Assembly: GCF_004010195.1 (NCBI RefSeq)
Contig: NC_057719.1
Coordinates: 94,012,659-94,076,658, forward strand
Direction: 5' to 3'
Source: Chiloscyllium plagiosum
Taxonomy: Eukaryota
DNA: 64,000 nucleotides
The translations under genes and the position numbers were made by a program. Numbering within the stretch: the first letter of the stretch is position 1; every line of letters begins with the position of its first letter. Under the pieces are notes generated by a model. It was given only the letters and a program-made list of their open reading frames with translations, did no database searches and had not been told where the DNA came from. This document shows positions 36,969 to 49,935 of the stretch, piece by piece.

Positions 36969-37419
36969 GTAAGTCATTCTCTTTGTCTGTTAAACCGGGT
37001 TGAACTGAGTTAGTGCTCATGTTCGGTAAATTTTAGAAAGGGGAAGTCAATGTCTTCAGTTTCAATCCAAAATTCCTTTCCTTATAAATTCCTTAAAGCA
37101 AATTACTATTTACAAATTACTCACTGACATGTGAGAAGGAACCTGACTGTTATCAAACTCCATGACCCTTCTAGCACTAACTCAGATCTATATTGCCATG
37201 TCTTCCCCACTTACCAATCCTGCCCAGTACCACCAATTTCATGTCCTCGTCCCCTCCTCAGACTCAGTGCAAATTCTGAATAAACTTCTGAATTTTTGCC
37301 CTTGTGAAACCTGGATTCACTTGATTCCAGTCTCTTCTAACCACGTGTCAATTACAAAGTTCTTGCACTTGAGATGTTTAACTTGTTCGTTCCATAGAAT
37401 CTGTCGGACAGGAAGATAA

Positions 37420-37740
37420 TGCATGGCGCTCAGATCATTGACGCTTAATCTACAGACACAGAATAATACTTTGTTGATATTTTATGAAGCACGTTGATGG
37501 AATTTAATAGAAACCATCATCATTTGCAATAAACAGAAGCCCTCCTGCTTGCTTCATGCCCTTTAGAAGGCACTGTGCCATCCTTCACTGGTCAAGTCTC
37601 CGTGTGACTGCAAACACAAAGCAATGTGTTTTACTTTTTACTGTACTGTGGAACACATGAACAAGCCACTCAGTTCAAGATCAGTATCACATGCTGGTCT
37701 GACAAGCGCTGCATACATCCCATGAGAGAATAACAAAAGT
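37420..37740 (+). mobile_element. Old SacSINE1/Deu-like SINE in intron of copy 2
   Basis: Deu-like tgccatcctt..gtgtgactgca..gcaatgtg..aagccactcagttcaag, then tail atgctggtct..catcccatgag..aataa. Confidence 0.65.
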
Positions 37741-38889
37741 AAATATAGTTCCCTCCCTCTGCCTGTTTCCCATATTCCTACAGCTCATTTTCATTCAATT
37801 AGGTGACCCTTTCCAATTTTAGGTTTATTCTATCTCATTGAGTCTCTCCCCGAGAGTGATGTTCATCTCAACAGGCACCTCGTGTGTTTTTTTTTATTGA
37901 TACTGACATGTAAAGAACTCGTACATTCCATGTCAGTGGCAGTGCACAGAGAAGGAATATTTTGTACGCCACAGGAAAGGAACAGAGCTGGAAAAGCGAG
38001 GGAAGAGAATTATTGTGATCATCCCTGAGAGTGCTGTTGCGGCACTATTTGGGGTATTATGTACAGTTTTTCTCGCCTTTATAAGGAATGATCACCTTGC
38101 CACAGAGAGAGTGAAAGTCCCAGACTCATCCCTGTGATGATGGTACCATGAGGAGTGAATGAAGATTAATCTGTAATGCTGTGAGAGAATAAGAGGCAAT
38201 TGCAATGAACCCTGAGTTGGATGGATAATCAATCATTATGTTCTAAACAAACACTTATACGGTGACAAATTCTATGGCTTGCTTTTTATTTTACTCAGGC
38301 TACGTGATTCTCGATACTTTAAGTGCCTCTGAGAACATTCCTCCCAACCATCACTACTCCACATATGAATGAGAGAGGTCCAGGTTTTGAATAAATTCTC
38401 CCCACATTAATGCAGTGCATTTCGTGTGTGATCTGCCCTGAAAGTAATGTCATCCTCAATCCCGACAGCAGCCACAATACATTCATGCTAAACTAGTTAA
38501 CTATTCCCATCAGTTTCTGAACTCCACGGAGAACATGGGTCTGTCTTTTCGGAGATGGAAGATGCCTCTTTGAGACATAACACGAAACATCTAGCTTTCC
38601 TCCTCAATGCCAGCAAACCACGTTAAAGTAGCACATTTTCCACAGACAATGGAACCACGAGGAACGTCATGAAGCCCTTTATCAGTACAGAATCTGGTCC
38701 TTTGAATTGACATGTTGGAGCATCAATGACATCCTCCTGTTACTGTATAAGCCTTTGATGGGCAGATGTGGTCTTAGCAATACCCTGTACAGATGCACAG
38801 TCGGATCGTGTGATGTTGGAAAAGCACAGCTGGTCAGACAGCATCAAGGAGCAGGCAACTCGATGTTTCGGTTACAATACTGATGAAGA

Positions 38890-39340
38890 GCCAGCGTACC
38901 ATTTGGAACTCTATTGAAGGCCTTTTTGAAATCCGTATAGACTATGTATACCACCCTGCCCTCGTCAACGTTGCTGGTCACTTCATCAATGAACTCTAAC
39001 AAATTTGTGAGCCATGATTCCCATGCACAAAGCCGTGCTGAAGGCTACTCATCAACCCTTCTTTCCAATTGCAAGTATATCTTATCTTCAAAATCTTCTC
39101 AAGTACATTACCGATGACAGATATTAGGTTTGTTGGTCTTCTGTTCCCACGTTATTCTTTGTAGCCCTGCTTAAATTAGGGCACAGCATTCATTAGCTTC
39201 AAGTCCTCCGGCATCTCATCCGTTGGATAGTGATGATGCAAAATATCAGCCATTTTCCCCGCAATTTTTTCTCTGTCCTCCTGCAGTGTTCTTGGATATA
39301 TCTGGTCAGCACGAGTAGATATATAGAAACACTGTAAAGT
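38890..39340 (-). mobile_element. CR1 RT fragment
   Basis: DQIYPRTLQEDREKIAG..PEDLKLMNAVP; cacggctttgtgcatggga on the minus strand. Confidence 0.7.
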
Positions 39341-39349
39341 CTGAAAAAT

Positions 39350-40830
39350 ACGTCTATTTATTGAAGGTACAAACACCAAAGAAATGGAAAGTGACTTAAT
39401 GCTGGTTGCCTTAATAAAGTAAAGATTATATTAATCATAGGAAGTGACTTGAGAAGAATTTCAGATATTGTGTAAACCTGTGAATTCTCTGAAATTGACG
39501 ATCCAGAAAAGGAGGGCCATGAAACCGATAAGGAAATCAAAAAGAGAACATGCATGCTAACAAACTAGAACATAGGGAATGCATAAATATACGATCTATA
39601 CTTCAAAAAAAAATTAAAGCAAGGTCAACTGTGGAAATTTGTAATCGGGAGAGGAGAGTTGGTTGTGGAGAACAGGGAAATGGCCGAGAAAATAACCAGT
39701 AACTTTGCATCTGTCATCACGGAGGAAGATCCAAAAAATCACCCAGTAATACCAAGTGATCATATAGGGCTTGTGGAAGTAAAAACATATCAGTCAATTC
39801 ATATCAGTAACAAGGTAGTACTTGAAAATGCAGCTTGATTGAGCATTGCTAAGTCTGAAAGACCAGATGTACTTCATATCAAATTGTCAGAAATAAATCA
39901 GCAATAGAAGTATTAATTGCACTGTCGTTGATTGTACTTTATTTTCCTGTGCATTCTGCAGAGGCCGGAATCTATTTTAGATATTTGGAAGGGAGTTAAC
40001 GTGATCCAAGCATGGTAGATAAATGGAAGGGATCCAAGCATCTACAAAGGGAAGAAGAGAAAGTGGGGAGAAGTGAAGAACAATTAACTTGACATCTGTA
40101 GGGAAACTTGGAACCTATTTCAGGGGATGTGATATTGGATATATAGAAATTAACAACAACAATGGAGATAATCATTATGTATTTCTGATAGACAAATCTT
40201 ATTTGGTAAACTTTGGAATTGTTTGAAGTTGTTTCTTACAGCATAGTTGTGGGGAACCAGTAGAAATGGCTTTTTTTGGATGTTCATAAGGCTTTCTATG
40301 AGAACTCACACAGTGCGTTCGTGAATGCAATGAATGTGAAGGGTGTTTGGAGGAATATATGCAAGTGGAAAGTTAAAGTTTAATTTGCCTTCATTTCAGA
40401 GAGTCAGAATATTGAAAACACATGTTGAAGCAGTTTCACAGCGTGTTGGTATGACTCTACCTGAAGTATTGTGTACAGTTTTGGTGACCGAATCTGAGAA
40501 AGAATATACTGACAGCAGAGGAAGTGCAATGGACATTCTCCAGATTAATCCCTCAGATGACGAGATTGTGTAATGAGGAAACGGCCTGCGTTCTCTTGAG
40601 TTTCAAAGAATGAGAGGTGGGTCACAGTGAAACTTAGAAAATGTACAAACATGTGACAAGTAGGATATTAACAGAATGCATGCCTGGCTGTTTAGTCCAC
40701 ATTCAAGGCAAATAATGGCAGGATATGGGAGAGGCCATTTAAGACTGAAATAAGGAGGAAATCCTTCACTTGGACGGGCCTGACTAACACAGGGACATGG
40801 AAAACTCCTGGCAGGGCAAGATTAGAGAGA
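39350..40830 (+). mobile_element. Highly decayed CR1 ORF2
   Basis: Residual aaatggccgag..actttgcatctgtcatcacggaggaag, cataaggctttc, ttagtccac..ggccatttaagactgaaataaggaggaa segments. Confidence 0.6.
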
Positions 40831-41016
40831 CTCCCCACATATCCTACAAGTGCGGCAAGTGGACCAGAATAACCAGGGAACAGGCAAGACCCATTATTGT
40901 CTCGCCAAATCAACTTCGTGGTAGGAGACAGACGGTGGAGGTAGAAGGCTGTTTGACTGGAGGCCAGTGTCCAGTGGTATACCACACCGATCAATGCTGT
41001 GTCCCTTATTATTTGT

Positions 41017-41243
41017 GATTCGGAGGTGCTGGTGATGGACTGGGGTGGACAAAGTTAAAAATCATATAACGCCAGGACATAGTCTAACATGTTTATTCGG
41101 AGGCACGAGCTTTCAAAGCGCAAAAACACCTGATGAAGAAGAAGCGCTTGAAAAGCTCGTGCCTCCGAGTAAACCGGTTGGACTGTAATCAGGCGTTATG
41201 CAATTTTTAATTTTGCCCACCTCAGTCCAACAACAGCACTTCC
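41017..41243. mobile_element. Palindromic PLE pLTR element (third family) with a decayed hammerhead in the loop
   Basis: ~100-bp inverted arms around cac-CTGATGA..aaagctc-gtg. Confidence 0.75.
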
Positions 41244-41564
41244 AGTTCTCCCTAATCTTGCCTGCTAGCAGGTGTCTCTGCTCCTGTGTTAGTCAGTCCT
41301 AACCGAGTGTTGAATTTCTGCCTTATTGTAGTCTTAAATGGCCTGTCCCATATCCTGCCATTATTTGCCTTGAACGTGGAGTAGATAGCCAGGCAAGCAT
41401 TCTGCTAATTTCCAACTTGTCATATGTTTTGTGAATTTTCTAAGTTTCACTGTGACCCACCTCTCATTCTTTGAAATTGGAGAAAACATAGGCCGAGTTT
41501 CCTCATCACTCAATCTTGCACACTGAGGGAGGCTAATGTCCAGCGGTGTATCCCTTAATATTTG

Positions 41565-41760
41565 TGATTCGGAGGTGCTAGTGTTGGACTGGGGTGGACA
41601 AAGTTTAAAACCAGACAACACCAGGTTATAGTCCAACACGTTTATTCAGAGGCACGAGGTTTCAAAGCGCACAACCACCTGATGAAGAAGCAGCGCTTCG
41701 AACGCTCGTTCCCCCGAATAAACCTGTTGGACTATAACCTGGCGTTATGTGATTTTTAAC
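41565..41760. mobile_element. Second copy of the palindromic PLE pLTR element
   Basis: Direct copy of 41017-41212; cac-CTGATGA-a-GAAGC-agc-GCTTC-GAAc-gctc. Confidence 0.75.
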
Positions 41761-42249
41761 CTTATCATTTGTGGCATTCATAAATGATGTAGAGGTGAAT
41801 AAGGAGGAGGGTGGTGAGAAGTGTGATAAGTAAGTTTATGTTGGACACAAAGATTACAGGAAGATACAGAAGGAATGGTCAGATGTGTGGATCAAAGACA
41901 GATGGAACGTAACCCTGATAAATATGAGGTAGTGCACTTTGGATGAAGGAGCAAGACAGGGGAGGACTCAATGGATGGCACACTAGGAAGCTCAGAGGGT
42001 GCTTCGCCATACATCCATGAATGTGACTGTACAGGATGATGCACAAGTTGACAAAGCAAAGCGATCATAAACATAGCCTTTATTCATCGAGGCATAGATT
42101 ATAAGAGTTATGCAGAACTTTGGTTAGGCCAAAATGGAATGCTGTGTGCAGATCTAGGAGCCACATTACAGGAAGGATGTGATTGCACTGAAGGGTGTGC
42201 AGAAGAGATTCACCAGGAGGTTCCCTGGGACGGAGCATATCAGCTATGG

Positions 42250-42373
42250 GGAGAAAGTGAGGTCTGCTGATGCTGGAGATCAGAGCTGAAAATGTGTTGC
42301 TGGAAAAGCGCAGCAGGTCATGCAGCATCCAGAGAACAGGAGAATCGACGTTTCGGGCATAAGCCCTTCTTCA
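42250..42373 (-). mobile_element. Short PLE pLTR insertion starting in the hammerhead core, 14-bp TSD
   Basis: Minus strand starts tgaagaagggcttatgcccgaaacgtcgat; TSD catatcagctatgg at 42236-42249 and 42372-42385. Confidence 0.85.
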
Positions 42374-42522
42374 TATCAGCTATGGAGAGAGGCTGGATAA
42401 GCTCGGGTTGTTAACTTTGGAGCAGAGGAGGCAGAGGAGTCGTGATTCAGAAGGATAAGAATACGAGTAACATGGACAGGGTGGATAGACAGCAGCTGTT
42501 CCTTTCAGTGAAAGGACCAAGA

Positions 42523-42918
42523 ACAGGGGAGCATATTTTCAATTTGAAGGAATTGAGGTTTAGTGAGGATTTGAGGATTGTTGTTTTTTAACCTCGTGGG
42601 TGTTGGGATCGAGAATGCATTTCCTGAGAGGGAGATTGTCACTGGTAACCTCACAATCGTTAAAAATACATGGTTATACATTTGAAATACGATAATATTC
42701 ATGGCTATGATTCTTGTGTCACAGGGGAGCATATTTTCAATTTGAAGGAATTGAGGTTTAGTGAGGATTTGAGGATTGTTGTTTTTTAACCTCGTGGGTG
42801 TTGGGATCGAGAATGCACTTCCTGAGAGGGAGATTGTCACTGGTAACCTCACAATCGTTAAAAATACATGGTTGTACATTTGAAATACGATAACATTCAT
42901 GGCTATGATTCTTGTGTC
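42523..42918. repeat. 198-bp tandem duplication (2 copies, near-identical)
   Basis: acaggggagcatatt at 42523 and 42721; only about 3 substitutions seen. Confidence 0.95.
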
Positions 42919-43059
42919 AAAACGTGAGATTAATATAGACCGCGCTCTATTTCTGATGGTACAGGGACTCTGGTCTTGTGATTCTATGATATGAAAGGTC
43001 AATCATTGAACAGCTTAAGACAGGAATTGATGGGTTTCTGAACAGTATATTTACAAGGG

Positions 43060-44680
43060 TTATAAGAGTGAACTCTTAGTAGCTTCTAAAAATATGTCAA
43101 TGGCAAAATTAAGGGTAAAAAGGTTTAGCTTTCTTACAGTCTAATACCAGAGAATTGAAGACAGAGAAATACCAGAACTGGAGAGCAAATAATTCAGTTA
43201 TGTCTTCACAGAAGAAAACAAAACAAAACAAAAAAACTTCCCAACACTACTAGGAAACTTTAGTCTGGCGAGAAAAAGGGAATAGAATGAAATTAGCAAC
43301 TAAACAGTTTAGAGAAAGTATTGGGACTAAAGGTAATGGGCAACAGATATTTATGAAATGGGAACCATATTTGTGAAACTGACTTGTAACAAAATTATGT
43401 AGAAGCAATCAATGCAATGCGATTGGATTTTCAGAAAGATTTTAAATAAGCCCCGAGCCTATTGTGCAAATTCGAATCCTATGGAACTGGGGCCAATACA
43501 TAGTCATGCTTTTAGAAGGGGAGAGCTAGCAGGAAACAGTGAGTAGGAATGAAACAATGTGGGTTTTTTTTAGAGTCGAAGGCTTAGGGGATAGAGCAGG
43601 GATCGGGGCTTGGTCCCATCTATTCCCAATACATATCATATATTTGGTTGATGGGATCAAATGCAATATTCCCAAGTCTCGTGATGTCACTAAACGATGC
43701 TGGATTGTGAGTGGGTGAGGAGGATGTAGAAAAGCTCCAAGGTGATTGAGACAAGTGGAATGAATGGGCAACCACGTGACAGATGACGAGTAATATGGGT
43801 AGATGTGAGGTCGTGTACTTTGGTTGGAAAAATAGAATTGCAGCCTAACATTTGAAAAGAGATTGGTTGAAAAATGTTGATCAGCAAAGGAACTTAAGCT
43901 GCATTCTTTTTCCTTCTGCGCAGACCTGCGGAAGCCACCCTGGGCAGTGAGTACCGAAGCCATAAGTCAACATTGGGAATGGCATTGGCACACTGACCAG
44001 TGTACAGAGACCCACCAAATGCGTGGCTGTAACATTGAAACGTATCTGTATCTCCCTGTTCACCAGTCACGACAAGCAATATTGCAGGAGCCGAAAGCAG
44101 TTAGGAAGGTAAACGATGTGTTGACTTTCATTGGAGGGGGATTTGAGTCCAGGAGTAAGGGTATTTTCCTGCAGCTTCACAGGGCCTTGGCAAGACCCCA
44201 TTACGAACATTGTGCAGTATTGTGTGCCGTTTTGGTCTCCTTACCTAATAAAGGACAAACCTGATATTGAGGGAGAGCAGTGAAGGATGATAAGACTTAT
44301 CTCTGGGTTGACATGCTTGTTGTGGGAAGCATCGTTTGTGTCGCCTGGGCCTGTATTCCATGGGCTTTAAAAATGAGTGGCGATCACAGTGAAATATATA
44401 AAACTCTGACAGGGTGAGATAGATTGTAAGCATGGATGGTAATTCCCCTTGCTAGGACATCTAAGGCAAGGGCCCACAGTATTAGATACACACAGGCCAC
44501 TCTGCATTGAGATGAGAATAAATGTCGGCGCTCAGAGACTGGTGAACCTGGGCAATTGTCTGCCGGATCAGTCTGCTGAAGTAAAGATACTGAATATAAA
44601 TAAGGATTTCCAGAAACTAAAGTAATAGAGAGAGCACAGGAGAATGGTGTGAAGATAGATTAGCCATCATTATGAACTGT
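43060..44680 (+). mobile_element. Decayed CR1 ORF2 and 3' UTR
   Basis: ttggattttcagaaag, cccaagtctcgtgatgtcactaa, LQLHRALARPHYEHC. Confidence 0.6.
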
Positions 44681-45489
44681 TCTCTGATTACGTGGTAGAT
44701 GTATTTCTGCACAGCACTGTGTAATAGAAAACAGTTCAATATAAATAATAGGGCCTATGGGAAGCATGGGATAAGGGTGAAACCCCCTCACCAAAATGTC
44801 AGTAAAACACACACACTCACAAAATCTAAGTAAATCTCTAAGCCATATATTGTAATAAATAAGTACAGGAAATGTAACACTTTAACACTACAGTCATTGA
44901 CTCCAACCCAGTACCTTTAACCAAGCTCTTCAACAGAAACTGGGTGAGCCGACTGACCACATCATGCCGACGCGGAATTCCAGTTCTCCCCAAGATTCTG
45001 TCCCCAGTTGGAAATAAAGTTCCCTCTGAATGTAGACTACAATTCCAGTTTCAGGCTAAGTTTCAAGGCTTGCAGAGCGAATTGCATTCCTGTTTTAACT
45101 GACAACACTGAGGGTGCATTTTGGAGACAGAGGATCCTGAGGCCGAATTTTGCTGTCAGCTGGTGCCTGAGATGGAATCACGTCACAGTGAACAGGAGCT
45201 TGGTTTATATAAGAAAGGTCCGCAATTCACTAATCACATTACAGCCAAATTGTATTTAATAAACACGTGTTTAAGGAGAACTTCCCGTATATTTAATGGA
45301 GCAGCAATATTTTTGGACTGCAAGGACTACAGCAGTTCCTATTTTATATTTCCAAATGTTCAAACATATGAAGGAATGTGAACACTGTGTGGGGAAAACC
45401 ACATTTCCCCATGAGCAAGATTAAGTGAGGCTCAATGTGTTGAACGGCCGACTCCTTTCCCGATGTTGTTGTGCTGTCTGTGGAAATGC

Positions 45490-45935
45490 TCTGTCACAAT
45501 CTCTCAGATGTTAGGAAGGAGGCCTCTGCAGTGTCGTCATGACTGTGCTTCCTATTCCCTTTTCTGATACCGAGGCTCGTGCTGGGTGTTCTGTCTGGGT
45601 TAATCCTTTAAGACCCGGGGCAACTTCATACAATTGGGTGTCTTGCTTGGTCTTTTCAGAGACCATTGAAGAGTTTATCACATGTCTGTGTGTCTGGAGT
45701 CACTTTTAGGCCAGACCAGGAAAGCACGGGAGATTCACCTCTTGAAAGTACATTGGGGAAGGAAATTGGTATTTACAATCGACATTGACTTCAAGGTCAC
45801 TGTTACCGACACGAGCGTTTAGTTCTCGATGTTTTATTTATTGTTATTAACTTCCACCGCCTGCCAGAGCATTAGCCTGGTCTAGATTAGTAATCCAGTG
45901 ACATTTCAACAACAGCACCATCTCCACATGGGTAT
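45490..45935 (-). mobile_element. 5' end of a second copy of the Deu-headed LINE
   Basis: Same Deu-like block joined to the same downstream LINE sequence as 17280-17731. Confidence 0.65.
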
Positions 45936-45939
45936 CTAT

Positions 45940-46830
45940 CTGAAACCACACTGAGCAGGATATTTCTGTGCTGCTTGACAGCTCCGTCAAAAAAAGACTC
46001 CCACCAATTTGGCTTTTGTGATGGGACCGAGGGAGTGGTAAATGGTCAGATTGTAAGTATTGTCCTCTTAGGGGACTGGACATAATTGACTCATTTTCGA
46101 CATTGCCAGGGAGATGTCAGAGTTGGAGCTGGAATGAAGCAGCTTCCCCAGGGACACGGCTTATTGTGCAGCACAAGTCTGCAGTCCTATTGCAGGAATG
46201 GTGTCAGAGCCCATTGCCCTTTGTCTCGTTTCTGCTGTGTTCAGCTGTTTATTCATGTCACGTGTTTTGAATCGAATTGGTTGAAGATTGGCATCTGTGA
46301 TTCTGTGGGCATCATGATGAGTGTGAGGTGGATCATCCACTCAGCACCTCTGGCTGAGGATGGTGCAGATACTACATCCTTGTCTTTTGCACTGATGTAC
46401 AGGTCTGTTCCGTTATTTAGGATGGGGTTAGTTCTGCAATCCACTCCTCCAGTAAGTTGCTTTATAGTCCATTGACATTTATGACTGGATGTGGCAGAAC
46501 TGCAGAGCTTAGATCAGATTTGTTAGTCTTGGGATCATTTCTCCATCTTCATCAGATGTTAGTCCTGTTATTTGGAATGAAGCCAATCAAGTGCAGTAGC
46601 TTTAATGGGTTGTCATCATGTTTATTTACACATGGTTCTGACCTTGGCATGTTCACCCACACTCGTCACTGAGCCATGGATTGACGGGATGGTAATCGTA
46701 GACTGATGGATTAGCCCGAGGAAAAAAAAAGTTACAGATTGTGTTGAATACAATTCCGCTCCTGCTGCTGTGATCTATAGCATCACATGATAATCCAGTT
46801 TAAGCTGCAATATCTGCAATTCAATTCTAT
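45940..46830 (-). mobile_element. Fragments of the same CR1/L2-group LINE family
   Basis: Similar to 15950-16680 (tggatcatccactc, ttttgcactgatgt, ttacagattgtg). Confidence 0.65.
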
Positions 46831-47239
46831 TGACTATCCTCCCCGTTCACACCGAGACCCATTCACCCAACAGCCCTGTACTCAGTGACCTAACCTGTTT
46901 TCTGATGTGGGAACACTTCCATTTATATATTCTCATTCTGCTGAGCATCCCTCATTGGTATCACACCTCCAATTACTCAAACATTTTATCATATTCATCT
47001 GAATCTTTTCCTTTCCCGCAATGCCATCTTCTGTGATTGAAGTGAATGTGTTTCCATCTGATTCTCTCCCTGACCACGATTCAGAACTTCGTCGTGTCAG
47101 TGATACCAGCCTAATGTAGTTTCAGAGCCAAAGAATTGTGCACCATGCGTTTTAGTTCACTTCCAGTCGTAAGGCTTTCCATGCTGTTCAGGACATTTCA
47201 GCAGCTTTGACACACGTCTTTGGAACCTATTCAGAAACA

Positions 47240-47510
47240 GATATTACTGAAGAAACTAAGCAGATCTGGCAGCATCTTGTGGAGTGAAAGCAGAGTTGAG
47301 CTTTCGGGTCCAGTGACTCTCCTACAAAGCTCTCGGTTTCTCCAGCAAGATTTGCAATTTTGGTTCCAGTATCCGTAGTTATTTGTTTAATTGAAAATTT
47401 GAGCTGTGCCTATTCATTTCTGGAGAAACTCAGCAGGTCTGTCAGCATCTGCAGAGACAGAGAAACAGAGTTAGCATTTTAAGCCCAGTGTGACAGTTCT
47501 TCAGAATGGA
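47240..47510 (-). mobile_element. Two old PLE pLTR fragments with eroded hammerheads
   Basis: gaaactcagcaggtctg.cagcatct..gagtt..tttcgggtccagtgact pattern twice. Confidence 0.55.
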
Positions 47511-47994
47511 AAAGGATTGGAAACTGGGCGTTTTCATCCCTTGACAGCGGTGGTGGATGGATGACAGGGAAAAGAGGGTGTGGCAAAAGTTAAACGGTCT
47601 TTTAGCAGTGGTGAACTCGTAGATAATGTAAAATGGATTCAAATAAGGTGTAAGTGGGGGAAAGTGGTTCTCTTTATTGAGTGCAAGATAAAGAAAACAC
47701 AACCATATAAGGGCATAGGGAGGCCAGGAGGGAGCATGTTGACCAGGTGGTATTATATAGATCTAACCAGAGATACATTTTCAATGTTGAGATCGTCACC
47801 CCCTTCAGGCTAAGGAGTTCAAGTGTTTACCTACTTATTGGCACTACTAAGAGTTTAATGCTACCTAAGTATTGTAACATGGAGAAAAACAAATCACAGT
47901 ATGAAGTTTGGGCTGAGTGTTGTTTATCTGTCATTTTTAATGTTGTTTAAATATGCAGTGTTTACCTTTAACTGCTTGCTCTTGAAGTTAGTAT

Positions 47995-48400
47995 CAGATG
48001 GAGTGTAGAAGGTTGTAGGGTGACATTATAGAAGTTTATAAAATCAATGACAAGCATGGATAGGGTGAATAGCCAAGGGCCTTTCCACAGGATGGGGTGT
48101 TCAGACATTGAGGATATAGCTTTAAGGTGAAAGGGGGACGATTTAAATGAGACAAAGGGAGACAAATCACCTTTTCACTGAGAGAATGATGTGTGCAAGG
48201 AATGAGCTGCCAGGTGTAGAGTGGTAGATGCATGCACAGCTACAACATTTCAAAGACAATTGGACAAGTGTATGAATGCGAAATGTTTTGAGGCATATGG
48301 GCCAAATGCATGCAGATGGGACTAGTTTAATTTGGAAACCTGGCCAGCATGGACAATGGGCCAAAGGGTCTGTTTGTGCGCGATATGACTCTATGAACCT
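47995..48400 (+). mobile_element. CR1 3'-end fragment
   Basis: ttatagaagtttataaaat..gggccaaagggtctgttt..tatgactctatga. Confidence 0.8.
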
Positions 48401-48699
48401 AGAAAGCGAGAGAAAACATGAAAATATATGATGTAAGCAAATTGGCAAGAAACCAAAAAAAAAGCATAACGAGCTTTTCTGTGTACATAAAAAAAGTTCA
48501 AGATGAGTGTGGGACATTAGGTAGAAATAAAGTCAGGAAAGCATATTGAGGACATTTGGAGGGTGTGATTGCAGAATTGGCTAGAGGGAACAGGCAGATA
48601 TTTTACACAAGTGTCTGACATCGTTCCTCACAGAAAAGGTACTGTAAGTATTTCAATGACATAATCAAAATGGTACTAGTGGGAAGTTCATGAACTGCC

Positions 48700-49935
48700 T
48701 CTATCAAAAGAAACACGGCTTTTAACACAGAGATAAGACGAAGGGTAGACAGGTCAGCTGCAATTCATGGTTGGTTTTAAAAGAAGTGGTTACAGAGTGA
48801 CTGCCGGCACTGTGTGAAATATTCTATAACCCTCTGCATTACAGGCATGTTCCAGCGAAACGGGAAAACCTCCAATCTGGGTCCTGCCTTCAAGAAAGGA
48901 GCGAGACAGAAAGCAGGAACCATTTAGCCTCACCATTATTGCTGGGAATCTGCTCGAGTCTATTATTACGGAAGGAATTGCCGGCATTTAGAAAAGCTTC
49001 ACATAGAGCCAGTATGGTTTTCTGAAAGGGGATGTATGTTTTGCTTGTAAAATCATGCAAAGTTTGTCTGGATATCCCTGAGAATATAAGGGGTGGATTG
49101 ATCAAGGGAGACTTTCCAGTGATTTACCACATGGTATCACCAAACAGATGACGGATGATGTATTGGCATGGAATGGCGATTGATTAGCACACAGAAATCG
49201 GAGTCAGGATTAATCGATCTTTATGATAAAGACGTATCTACTGGAGTACAAATATCAGTCTTACGGCTTCAGTTATTTACAATCTATACTGATAGCCTGA
49301 CGGTGGGAGCTGAGTGACACTGAGAACTAAAACGCAGGTTTTTACTTAATGAAGACGACTCACAAACTAAAGAGCAGTACAAAGGGTTTGGCGTGTTCAT
49401 GTGTATGAAACATAACGTCAGCATGCTGATGCAGCAAGTAACAAGGTTGGTTCATTAGATGTGTTCCTGGAATGAGAGGGTTGAATTATTGATTGCATTT
49501 TAAATGGTGAAGCGATTATTCATTGTGGTTGAAACGAATGAGGGTGATATCACTGAAATTTACAAGATACAGAGGGGGCTTGACAAGTTAGATGTTGAGA
49601 ATGTGCTTCCATTCATCGGAAGAATCTCGAACTCTGGTACATAGACACAAAATAAATGATACTGATTTCAAACTGAGATGTAAAGAAATTTCTTCTCTCC
49701 GAAGATAGTGAATATCTGGAATTCACTAACCCAGCGAGGTGTGGAGGCTGGGTCACTGAATGTACTTGCAGACCGGGTAGATTGGTTTTTGACACATCAG
49801 CGAGTTGAGGAAGACAATGGGTTAGCAGGAAAGTGGAGTTGGGCCCTGGAGTTGATCAGCCATGTTCATATTATTTGACAGTGTATACTTGAGGGGCTGA
49901 ATAGCCTACTCCTGTTCCTATTTCTTACGTTCTTT
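48700..49935 (+). mobile_element. Decayed CR1 RT and 3' UTR
   Basis: ttcaagaaagga..ccatttagcctcac, gccagtatggttttctgaaagg, gaggggctgaatagcctactcctgttcctatttc tail. Confidence 0.65.

Larger units (their letters stand above)
36010..38750 (+). repeat. Segmental duplication unit 2, main part
   Basis: Collinear with 18490-20820; 38380-38740 also resembles 58120-58440. Confidence 0.85.
40920..42990 (+). mobile_element. CR1 3' portion interrupted by PLE fold-backs and a tandem duplication
   Basis: ccagtggtataccac..cccttattatttgtg; aggaaggatgtgattgcactg; ttctatgat tail. Confidence 0.7.
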
